Below, piece by piece: positions 25,248-36,719 of a stretch of DNA of 64,000 nucleotides. The position numbers were made by a program, and so were the translations under genes. The DNA is from Penicillus capitatus. Its lineage: Eukaryota > Plantae > Chlorophyta. Where the stretch lies: positions 744,001-808,000 of the forward strand of contig OZ287699.1 in assembly GCA_965649825.1 (NCBI GenBank), given 5' to 3'. The notes beneath the pieces were generated by a model. That model searched no databases. It was given only the letters and a program-made list of their open reading frames with translations, and had not been told where the DNA came from. Within the stretch, counting starts at the first letter, position 1. Each line of letters opens with the position of its first letter.

Positions 25248-27026
25248 ATGGCATCTGCAAAGGTATGTCCACTTTGGTACTGCCCAAGGGGCCATGCGAG
25301 ACCGTCAGTTATTCAGGTCTGCAAGGAATTCGTGCAGAAATACTATCAGATATCCGACACCAGACCGGACCTCCTCTATCGACTCTACAAGCACAATGCA
25401 ACAATAAGCATAGCAGAGACAGTCAAGGGTAAACAGAAAAACATCAGCACTTCCGCTTCGAATCAGCAGGTATGGAGCATTCACCCATCTATCTGTCCCT
25501 GGATGTATCGATGGATGCCGGATGGCATTGGTAGGAAGTTCGATTGTTGTTGACGTGCACGTTTAATAATGTCAAGACAACAATCGTCAATATCACATTC
25601 CAGCATTCGATTCGTAATCATCTGTTACTGATGGTCAACGGGCTGCTTTATCATAAGGTGTGTGTCTTCTCCTCGACACTGGATGGAATCTGTTGTCGAT
25701 GTGTTTTGTGTAGGAGACCCGACCAGGCCACTTCTTCACACAAACATTTCTCCTAGAATCCATCCGTAGTCGGATAGCAGTCGCGTCCGATGTTTTACAA
25801 ATTTACAGTCACAATCTCAATCGACACCTATTAGGCGACATCAAGGCGAAGCTTAAGCAATCCAAGATTTCTGTTGGCGTTCATCCCTCACCGGTTCGTG
25901 TTCTCGATGTCTAAGGGCACTGTGGATTTGACTGACATGGTCTGCCTGTCTGGATTATGATTGTAGGTTGTTGTTGATAAGACCATTCGTTCGCGGGTTT
26001 ACAGGACTGTGCCCATGTTCGGCTCAGTGGATGAGGTGAGCCGACAAAAAGCGTCGTTCGTTTGCCCGCCACGAAAGCCATTGGCGGTTAGAAGCATACG
26101 ACAGCGACCACGTTTTGTCGCCGATTTATTGTGTCCTTGTGTTCTTCATTTAGGTCGCGAATTTGTTTGTTCTCCCGAACGACAAGCCAACTGCTGCTTC
26201 ACAGCGAACCAGAACCATGAAGAGAGAGAGTGAATCTGTGAAAGAGCCACGTCTTCAGCCCGACACGGCCAGAGAGGCCGCGTCCGACGTGTTTCGTCCT
26301 CATGGCTGGGACGCTTTCACGGATAAGAAGCCGGTATTTGGCACAACCGCGTCCGAAAATCTCTACGGTTCACCTCTTCACCTGACGAAGTCTCAGGAAA
26401 AAGAAGCTTACTTGGACACGCCTCTAACGAATGATGCCCACAACGGGGTGGAGGGGTCGGCGCAGAACGGGTTGTTTCTGACGTGTTTCGGAGAAGGACA
26501 AGAGCATTGCAACATGAAATCGGAGTTGTTGCGCAAGCACGAATGGAGTCTGCCCTCCAAAGAAACCAAAACGAATGGTGGTGCCTACTTGCGCCTGTTT
26601 GGTTTCCAACCGATCCCAGACGGACCCCCAGTTGAATGGGATCTTTCACAAGACGCTGTATTGACGCAACTCAGAACGTATCAAGAAGTCGTCGATCGAA
26701 TGGGAATGCCGGTACCTAAACGTCGTTTGCGATCGCATCGATCGCAAGTGGAATGGTATCATCGAACGGTCTTCCTTGACAATTTACCACGCGATGTCCA
26801 TCCAGAATCATTACGACGCGCATACGAGACCATGTTTGGAGAAATCGAAGAGGAGAATGGGATTATTTTGGCTTCTGCCAGAAAGTCATCGGTCGCTTAC
26901 CTTGTTTTCAAATCATTAGAATCGGCAATCGCCGTCGGTCGAGCGGATTCGTGGATCAACGGATCCAAAATCGTCATACAAAAGTATCGAATGCCTCTGG
27001 TCGATGTTGACACGCATGAATCCTGA
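25248..27026 (+). CDS. NTF2 + RRM protein (G3BP-like)
   Basis: N-terminal exons VCKEFVQKYYQ...PDLLYRLY...LLLMVNGLL...FFTQTFLL (NTF2 fold). C-terminal RRM TVFLDNLPRDV...VAYLVFKSLESA. Confidence 0.8.
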
Positions 27027-27749
27027 TGCCGATGATTTACAGGCGATTCAGCCGATCCCCATTTCTCTTGTTCTATCTGTTCTCTGTCTTAAAATGAAGC
27101 TCGGCTGTTGTAGCAGATGATCCTTTTTGTTTTTTATTCTTGCTTCGTCCCACATCAAAACGAGTACCCGACAGTCTGCCATTGATCGTTTGTTGCACTG
27201 GAATAAGTATTTTCTACTCTTTTCTGCTCAATCTATAGATCTTGTAGGAACAAATGAAGTAGCTCGCTGTCGAAATCGCTGACGGATACCATCCTTGCTG
27301 TGCTCTGTTTTGAAAATCAGCAAATTCTAGACGGAATCATTCAGAGCTCTAAAGAGGTCTGCACCGAGTGCCTTTCCGTAGACGCCTCGGAAAATTTCAT
27401 TACTTCATAATTTATTTCTTTACGCAACTGATCTGGACAACCTCCGTTTCTATAAGGGATGCTGTCTGTAAGCGGACCCTGATGACAGAAACTGAGACGG
27501 CCACTGAATGGCACTGTCATAATCTATCTTATCGTATTGCCTTTGTGAGATCGTGTGTCAAGTCTTTTTGTAACGCGTGTCAGATAGCTCGTTTGAACTT
27601 TGGTGGTAAGACTTTGTTTGGAATTACAATCATCTGACCATGTCGTCGACAACTATAATTGTACTTCACCTCACCCACCGCTTCCACGAAATCCCCATGT
27701 ATCGCGGCTATGCGGTCGTGCATGCATACATATGTGTCCGTAGATATTC

Positions 27750-28434
27750 TCACACATCCTCTAGACGCGGCATGACAAACCCATTCGGATCGATAACGAA
27801 TTCTTCCCCCCGATTGGCAGCAAGGACAAGTAGATTTGCTTTGACGGCATTCATTTTGCGAAAAGAAGCTCCAAAAGAGATGACTTTCTGCCCTCCGCTT
27901 TCATACACGATTGCCATCGGAATCCCTGTGATTCCTTCCTTTCGAACAAAATCTCGAATGCCATCATCTGTGACACAGGCCTTAACAAACAGAAAATCCT
28001 GTTGGTACTCCGGATTCCCCGCTATTCGCGAGAGTTGTGGGAAAGCGGCCTGCAGGCAATCACCATTCTCAGAAATCGTGGCATCTATGGCAGCTTCTTA
28101 CGCGACAGGCGCCGCAGTGTCCGGCGTAGAAGTCAACAAAAATCAATTTCTCAGTCTCGTTAGATAGTATGCGTTGTAAGTCTTCGGCAGAATGTACCGT
28201 CAACCAAAATTCGGGAAACTTGTCAAACCACTTGACGTGTTCCGTCGCAGGCGGTGGTTCGAGAGTCGAGACTCGAATGCGTGTGTCGCTGGGGTACCAC
28301 TTCAAAAACCGAGTCGAAGATCGGGTACTAGATTCCCTCGTGGAGAAAACCGTCATTGATGCACGTGAGAACGCCATCGGTGCATGACGGCGCAAGTGAC
28401 CATGCCTCGTTCCAGCACACAGTGTTGAAGACAT
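27750..28434 (-). CDS. Atypical plastid thioredoxin (ACHT/Lilium-like)
   Basis: Transit peptide, then KWFDK...VHSAEDL..IL..ETEKLIFVDFYAGHCGACR, and second exon AFPQLSRIA...FLFVK...GITGIP. Confidence 0.85.
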
Positions 28435-28554
28435 TTCAGCGAACAAACAAACCCTCACGGATCTTAATCCGTCGGCGTCGATTGTAAGATGGATAAACGC
28501 ATTCATCGAAGGCATTTGTGACGGGACCATCGAACGACGACATTATTCGCTGAC

Positions 28555-29885
28555 ATGAATCCTCTCGTGCCAGTGTTTGGGGCCGCTGCGGCGGTTTTGA
28601 GCTTTTACGTTGGAATACAGAACCGTTACTTCGCTCCTGACGCTTGTGCGCGTCTTGGAGTGGCACTCAATGAAAGCCTCGTCGGACAACCCTTAGGGAC
28701 TCGATTGCTGGCGGAGAATATCTGTGCACATCTGGCGGAGAAGTTCCCTCGACGGCCTCTCGTGTTGTCACTACATGGTGCGCCTGGTGTCGGAAAAACG
28801 TACAGCCATGTTATAAGCAAGACAAAGGATGATCCGTTTTCGGATGCCATCGGAACAACGTAGGTGCTCAAGCCATGTACGGGCACATCGGTGGACGCGA
28901 TACCACGGTTCGATCCGTGATGCGATCGCTACACACGATCAAGAGAGCCTCACAAAAATGGGTGCCGCTTGTTAAGGAAGCAGGCACTCTTGGTGAAAGC
29001 GTCATTGGAAATCCTCTCAAGTGTCCAGGAAGCGGTTGTCCTGCCTACAAAGTGATCTACGGTGAGTGCATGCATATGGACTGAGAAGTGGCTGGAGAGG
29101 TGGCTGGTGTCAATGCAAGGTGTGGATTATATCTCGATGGATCGAACACATCAAAACAGTTTAATTCGAAACTCCATTTTGAAACACGCCAAGAAGTATC
29201 CCGAAAGTCTGATCGTCATCGAGGAGTATGACAAACTCAGCTGTGACACTCGAGCCATGATACGACAGATTCTGCATCATCCCGAGGTTGACCACGGATG
29301 ACTGCTGGCTGACAGCGACGATGTGTCATGATGTGACAGGTGGCCAATGTGTCATTGAGCAAGTCCATTGTGCTCTTGGAAGCGAATCAAGGAATGTTTC
29401 CCATTCAGGAACTGCTGATGGATGCTAAGAAACGCGAAGACGTGTCGCCCTATGTGGCACATCATACTCTGAAGGAACATATGTATGGTATCTGGACCCA
29501 GGCTGGCTGCGAAACTCCTGTCGATGCTGTGCGATTTGGAAACATCATTGACTGCTTCCTACCCTTCTTTCCACTGGAACGATCGCATATCCGAGAGCTG
29601 ATCGAGATGAGTCTGGAATCGGCACGGCAGCTGATCTCAAAGGGGTCCCTTCAATGGGACGCCGATTTTATTGAGTATTATGTGAACCAAGTGCATTTCG
29701 ATGGCGCCTATGCGGTGGATGGTGCCATCGATGCAGGACTGGCATACAAGAAAGTCTATGACCTCCTTAGACTGCACGAGAAGGATCCACGTGCTCAGAA
29801 TTGCCGACACGACGAGCTGTACTACGTCCTGATCGTCGACGATGACAACGTCGAGATGCACGTCCGGTGTTTGCGCAAGAAATGA
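28555..29885 (+). CDS. Torsin-like AAA+ ATPase with N-terminal signal/anchor
   Basis: Hydrophobic N-terminus, LNESLVGQPL, PLVLSLHGAPGVGKT (Walker A), LIVIEEYDKL (Walker B), IDCFLPFFPLERSHIRELI. Confidence 0.85.
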
Positions 29886-30037
29886 AGCAAAGGTCCGTCA
29901 TCTTGTTTTGGGACAGGAAAGCACGTTTACACCCGAAATTCATTTGCTTGTAGCAACGAAATGCTTTTCACCAAAGAGGGATGGATAAGATATCATTCAA
30001 GTAGAGCAGATGTGTGTACATGACAAAGATATGAAAT

Positions 30038-31392
30038 CTAGAGAAGCTTATCCCTCAGTCTGAGTCTGTAGTCCAGCAATGAGCGACCATCAGAGAACTG
30101 AATATGCTTCCCCGGTTTACGCATTCGCATCCCTGCACACTTTTCAAACTCCGTGCAGCCAACCACGTAGCCACAGCGTGCGCAGAGGATCCCGTTATTG
30201 GCAATCCAACCTTCTGCCATTACCTTATCACGACCGCCACGATACACAACTTTCTCGCCCAGTGTTGCCATACCCAATCTCACCAGGTAACTGTCCATCC
30301 AGACATACATGAGGCCGTGTGTTCTGAGAAACATACATTGGAGGGGCTTACCCAATGGTTTTAGCAGGACGTGGTAGGGTTCTCTTCTGGTGAGGATCGC
30401 AACGACCTGCTCTCTCTTTCCAGTTCCAAGGGAAATAGAGCTGATCGCCTGTCATCATCATCACATCGGTGCCACATCTGTATATAGATAGATGACGGAC
30501 CAATCTGAGAAAAGGGTAGACGTGAGAGCACAGGGCAAGGATCTGAATTAAGTAGACGTTGAATGTTCTGCTGACATCTTCTAACAGCATCTACAGACCT
30601 AACCAACAATCATGCCTATCTCCTTCTGTAGTGCCAGCTACGGAATTTCGATGAAACGCGGTGGCATCTCGATTGGCATAACGCCGGTGGTGCTTCGCGG
30701 ATTCTACATCACACAGACAATGTGAAATCGTCGATTAGCGGATACGCCGCGTTACAAATTGTGTCGTCGTCGTCGTCGCCGCCTTTGGAAAGGGTCGACG
30801 CAGCACTACGACGTCGTAGGCATTCACGTCGAGCTCCATCTTGAGCAGCGGGTTCTTGTTGGAAGCAGACGCGTCCGTTAGACCGCGGCCAATTTGGCCG
30901 TCGCGTTTCTCACTCGGCGCAGCGCATTTATCCTATGCAGAATGGACTGACTGTCTTGTGTATGTTTTTGGAAACATAGAACGGTTCACATGAAACCCCT
31001 CCTCAACATACTCTCCCTGGAACGTCTGACTTAGACTATACACATGCGAGGCGTTATCACACAACGCTACCACCGACGGGCGTTACACTGAAAAAGGAAC
31101 GTCGCGCAGCTCTTCGTCCCGGCACTGAACCTAGACAGGCAGAGGCGGCTGCGTCGAGAGAAGCGCGGACGGCGAGCAATAGCGAGAGAAGGGGTTGCGA
31201 GTTTGACGGAGACGACGTAACGCGCCTGAAACGACACTGAACGTGATAACACGTTTCGCGATTTGACCGGTCGGTGTCTCTCACCTGAGCGAACCACGTC
31301 GTTTCGCGTTGATAGACACGGACAACGACCCCTTCGTTCTCTGCTTCGCCGGGTGCTGTTGTAAAATTCACGTATTCGCCCAGGATATCCAT
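30038..31392 (-). CDS. Multi-exon protein with C-terminal Tify-domain-binding domain (TDBD)
   Basis: Last exon GEKVVYRGGRDKVMAEGWIANNGILCARCGYVVGCTEFEKCAG...PGKHIQFSDGRSLLD fits TDBD (G.I..GI.C.CC...S.FE.HAG....P...I....G.SL). The 5' exon assignment (MDILGEYVNF, 31392) is tentative. Confidence 0.65.
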
Positions 31393-31754
31393 GTCGGTTG
31401 AGAGCAGTAGCGAATGTATGGATCAGCCGCGTCGATCGGCAATGAGGTATACCCGAAGCCGTCACATCAGCGTATGATAGTGCTGGTTCACAATCGTAAT
31501 GATACGCAGAAGCTACCGCGTATCCAATCCCTCTTCTAAGGTCGAACATACAGACACCATGGATGACCGACCGCATTCCACGATCTCCTGAATCATCGCT
31601 GATCCAAGCAGTTAATCTCTTCTGAGTGAGTGAGTCCTTCACAGCCTCCACAACAAACAACGAAACAAGACGCATATCCAGGCAGATCGCTGTCTTCAAA
31701 ACGCATGCATCCAACGAAAACGGCAAAGAGAAAATCCAGGCGTGGTCTTCTTCA

Positions 31755-32555
31755 TCATGCATATCTGTCCAGCTTCACGCCCAAACGACGGCCCTCCAAT
31801 TCGGAGTCATTCAAAACCTCAATGGCTTTGTGTGCTGCCTCAGGCGTTTCAAAACGTACTGTACCCCATCCCTAAGCATCCACCACCCCTCTTGGCACCC
31901 TTCTGTCACATCATGGACGTCGGTTTACTCTGGATCGTCCATCTCTACCCAACACGATGTTCGCATGGGCAGCTCCGCCGACTTTTTGGTTGAAAAAATC
32001 TTTCAGTTCACGCCAGGTAAACTTATAAGGAATGCCGTGAACCACAATCTATGACGCACAAGGATCGCCCCACACGTCCCTCTCGATGTGCAACGATCGT
32101 CACCTGGCATTTTCCAGCGTCGGCAGATTCGTTGCGTGTCTCACGGGCATGATCAATTTGATAGTTCTTCACATCTCTGTCCTCACGATCTTCACGAACC
32201 ATCAATGGACGTCCATTCAAATCCACTCCATTCAATTCCTGCACTGCTTTGTATGCCTAGATCCGCAGATTCTCCCTCTTCATTTCTGGGTGCTATGCAC
32301 ATGCGCCAGCTCACCTCTTCGGGACTCTCAAATTCGACGATTCCCCATCCCCTTGAACGTCCTAAGCATAGCAGCCGTACATCAAGAGGGGCAGCCTGGC
32401 GTCGTGCAACCATCTTCCGTCCGCATGACGTTGGCATAGACGACTTGACCACATTCACGAAACTTATCCTTCAAGTCTTGCCAGGAGGTTCGCCAGGCCA
32501 AATTCCCGACGTAACAACGCTTGCCAATAATGAGCTTGTCTTCGTCGTCGCTCAT
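31755..32555 (-). CDS. Two-RRM protein, Gbp1/Gbp2-like (G-strand/RNA-binding)
   Basis: RCYVGNLAWRTSWQDLKDKF...RSRGWGIVEFESPEE...ELNGRPLMVREDRED, and second RRM VVHGIPYKFTWRELKDFF...GWGTVRFET..A.KAIEVLNDSELEGRRLGVKLDRYA*. Confidence 0.88.
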
Positions 32556-33104
32556 CCTGTCGACAGTTTTTCAGTCAAGTGGACGAAACGACACGGCAAA
32601 GTTTCACGCCGACACGAAACACGTCGATGTGCCAGAATGAAAATATAAACAGTGCGACGCGAAGGCATACGTGATCAGGAAGGAGCCGACGCCCAGAAGA
32701 ACGACGCTACGGTGTCGAATACGCCGTCGGCATTTATATACGCACCTTTGATAAGTGGTCACTGAGCGTTCAGACTTGCTTTATCGTTTTCGCACTCGTG
32801 CTGCACAATGCCGTTCCCGATTATAATCGTTCGACGGTATAGAACGTGGGCGCAGGAGCCTGTGGTACACTAGCTGCTGGCCATCCTCGACGGGACGACG
32901 TCACATCATACGAAGGAGCATGACTTCATTCAAACGACGACGTCGGCAAAGAGAACGCAATGAGACTTCAAATCCGGTAGAGATAGGCTTCAATCTTGGA
33001 CGTCCAAAACGTGAAGAACTCTCACGCATTGTGTCCAAACATAATACGGACAAAACGAGAAGGAACGAACAAAACTCTTGATCTTCTCAGACGGCCACAC
33101 ATCA

Positions 33105-33922
33105 TCAGACATCCATCGGTCCCTTACCTGTGAACTTCACCTGTTTGCCACACAACGCATCGCACTTCGGTGACTCGAGTCCACGATTCTTACCGAGACT
33201 GGATTTGTGTTCTGGCCGATTCTGCGGGAATTGAAATTGACGCTTTCGCGTCCGGGATTGACCTGGATAGATGCACGAGTATGCAAATTGGATAACCATG
33301 TCACACTTTCTCATACTTTTTCGGGATAGACACCATCTTTGGGATGCAAGTATTGCACTTCACCCGATGGGAAAACGCGATAGAAGCATGCATCTGTCTT
33401 GAACTTTGTTCGCAGTTGGGTTGTCAGAGCCAAGCACTGCTCCTTGCGTGCCAGTTTCAGCAAATTGGGACCTGTCCAACTATCCTTTTGCATTTCACCC
33501 AGATCAGGTGAACGGTGTGACCTTTGCGCATGATGGCAGCACCACCTGTAGGCATCTCAAAGATCTGTTCTTTTTTGCCCTCCCACGTAATCACGTAGAA
33601 CTCTTCTACCTTCAACGCAACTTCGATCCGATTGGCAAGGGATGGATGATCCTACTTGAGCTTTTCGAAGAAGACCGCCAGTACTGCCACCGAAAATAGG
33701 AGAGGGCGTGGATGGGTCAAGCTTAGGCGGAGTCCATGGAGCTGGTTCGGCTGCCTGGGGTTTCGACGGCTTCGCGGCTTCTGACGCTTCGGCGCGGACG
33801 ACGAGTCTCGCGACGTTCTTTCGAAGCGTGACGGGATGTGCGTCGAGTTGCGTGGTGCGGTGTGACGTATGTCGTCCCGCACGGGCGGCACTGCTCGAAA
33901 AATGTGTCAAACTCGACGCCAT
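33105..33922 (-). CDS. psaD: Photosystem I reaction centre subunit II
   Basis: [70 protein letters not shown]. Confidence 0.98.
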
Positions 33923-34068
33923 CGTGATCGAAAGGGAAAATCGATGCGGCGACGAAGCGGTCCGGCAGAAACGAACAAACGCAAAACGATCTTACCGCGA
34001 AATCTCGAACACGTGGAAACGACCATTTTAACGCCCATTATCATCGGTCCTTCTGCACGTCGACGGTG

Positions 34069-35007
34069 ATGGGTATCGAAGAAGAGCTCGCCAAATTCCA
34101 GTCCGAAATTGCCTCGGGGCCGAACTACTATGTCCAGTCACCCACTTACACTCAAGTCCTCAACGCCTCTGTCTACGAAGAGGGTAGAATGTTTGAAGAC
34201 AGAGTCTTGGAGCGACACCACAGGTCCATACACTTGTGGACCCAGTGATGGGCACGACAATGGACAACGTGGGTTTCTATCCTTACCCACAAGGTGAGCA
34301 CGATGGGTGCTGTCAGCCGTTCATCATACAATGGGAGTGCTCAGGTGTTCCGGCTCCTCCTTCGATGGCACCTCCCCCTCAATTGGCGCCGCCTCAGACA
34401 CACAAAGTACTAAAGAGTCGAAAGAGACAGTTGGATGTGACGAATGCCATTCCTCGACAAGCAGCAGGTGATGGTTCTGCCTGGAATGCGATGCGAGATG
34501 GATCTGTCTACTAGGCGTCAAATGGTTGGATCCAAATCTCAAAGAATGGCCAGAGAATGACTATCGCATCTTTGTTGGAGACTTGGGGAATGAAGTGAAT
34601 GATGATATGCTGACGAAAGCGTTCTCATCCTTCAATTCATTCAACAAAGCAAAGGTCAGCTCAGTCCCTCGTCCTCGCCGACCATACGATTCAAACAGAG
34701 ATGGATGTCTGTAGGTGATTCGATGTCACCGAACGGGGAAATCTAGGGGATATGGATTTGTGAGCTTCGGGGAAGCTATTGATTTTGCAACGGCTCTGAA
34801 AGAAAAGCAAGGGAGTTACATCGGGAATAGGTTTCTCCACATCCCATCATCTCATACCTCGTCAGGGTGTTCAATGTTAGACCCTGCAAATTGCGCAAGA
34901 GTATATGGAAGGAGAAGAATGATCCGAACCCACTAAAGAAATTCAAGAAGAAGGCTGACAAAAAAGGAAGTGGAGGTCGTATTGCTGGAAGCATCTTACA
35001 TAAGTGA
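34069..35007 (+). CDS. RBM42: RNA-binding protein 42-like (U4/U6.U5 tri-snRNP)
   Basis: DPNLKEWPENDYRIFVGDLGNEVNDDMLTKAF...TGKSRGYGFVSF...YIGNRPCKLRKS. Confidence 0.9.
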
Positions 35008-35038
35008 CAGCTCTATCGTCTTCTTCCAATGTACGGTT

Positions 35039-36659
35039 CTATTCTTGTTTGTCTTTCTCATGGAACTTGTCCTTTGCATGGATCAAGAGTGCCATGAGGA
35101 CGATCAGCCACGTCGCTATCAGCAGATTAATTGAGAAATAGAAATTTGCATTGGCGGATTCGGTTTGCACCCATTCGTGCCACATCGCTGGCTCCAGAAC
35201 GCACAGCAATGACCCCGTCACGATCATGAACCACCACCACTCAACCGTCTCCAGAACTCCTTGGTGGGAAAACAACAACACCTAAGGGCACCAGCAACGT
35301 GTTATGGCTAAAGACAGACGCATGTGACAGGCAGACGGTGATGAGTGCATAGTCAGCAACTGTGGGGTAGGGTTTGAATATAGCATGTGTCATTGCCTGG
35401 AGCATGATGATAAAGAGTGGCGATCGCGAGTAGACGATGCAGAATGGTATGAGGAATATGGCACTGGCCGAATGGAAGACAACGAGAAAGAAAGGACGAT
35501 AGAATGGGAACATCTCTGTGAAGAAATACCACCATAAGCCGAGATTGGGCGTCAGATCTGTCGCCTACACGTAACGAAGAGGGCACTTCATCATCGTCCT
35601 GCTGTTGGACAGACTTTGAGGACGAATCCATACGACTCTGTCATCCAATGTCGACCGTGTGGACTGATATCTTCATAGACAGGCGTCAAGATATCTGCAC
35701 AGACAACACACATTGCCAAAGTCACAGAAGGTCGCACTACTGTGATCATGTGATGTGACATCTGAGATCAAGGGGATCCACGCATCCATCCGATGATCTG
35801 GAAACTGGTTTAGATAAGCGTGTGACAGAATGGATAATCCCATCAAAGAGAAACAGAGCCATGCCATAAAGGCAACGCCATCGTACCATTGTTTTCTGCT
35901 CTTTTGGGTAACCATCAACATGATGGGAAGCTACATGAAGTCCATACATACAATCGTTGTGGAACCCACGTCTTATTCGGGTTCGGGGTCTTACTGCGAA
36001 CAGGATGGGATGCAAGCCAATGTAAATGGCGCCAGACAACGCACAGGCTGCTAATATGATGCGATGTGACAGAGCGCCGTAGACGGAGAGGATGACAAGG
36101 AGATTCTCAATACTCCCAACACAACAGCCGACACTGCTCATAATTGTAAAGGGATTCAACAGATAGATACTCGATAGGGACACTGCATAACAGATGATGC
36201 CTTCAGACGAGATCTCCTCCTACTCGTCTGCCTACCTACCTGTTGTGCTCAGGCGTTTCTGCACGTGTGTCAGAATCCATGCGGCCAATAAATCTGCCAA
36301 AACGAAAGGCACCGTACAAAATGTATCGCGTGGACTCGTATAGGAGAGCAGAGGCAGGAGCAGAGGAGCTCCATGATAAGACCACCCCTCATAAGGACTC
36401 TTCCCCTGTCCCATCAAAAACAGAGCTGAACATTGCAGACGTGACGTCTGCTCTGTCAGCCAGGGTTCTCAGACGATGCTTGCCTTCGCGAATGCGATCC
36501 AGACTATGAACTGGAGAAGCGACCTCCGCCCGCCTGACGTCAGTGATCAAGAGCGTATCGACATGTCCTGTCTTACGTCGTTATGCGAGATGCCATCGAG
36601 GACATTGCCAATGAGAGGCGCAAGGAGAGAGCGAGGAGTGTCTGTCGGACGTCAGGCAT
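35039..36659 (-). CDS. PIGU: GPI transamidase component PIG-U/CDC91
   Basis: RAEVASPVHSLDRIREG, SPYEG..YHGAPLLL, IYLLNPFTI, TPNLGLWWYFF, IFKPYPTVAD, SANANFYFSINL. Confidence 0.93.
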
Positions 36660-36719
36660 TTCGGCTGGAGACACGTGTGATGACTGACGGGCCAGAGATG
36701 GATGATGTGACATCTCGGG

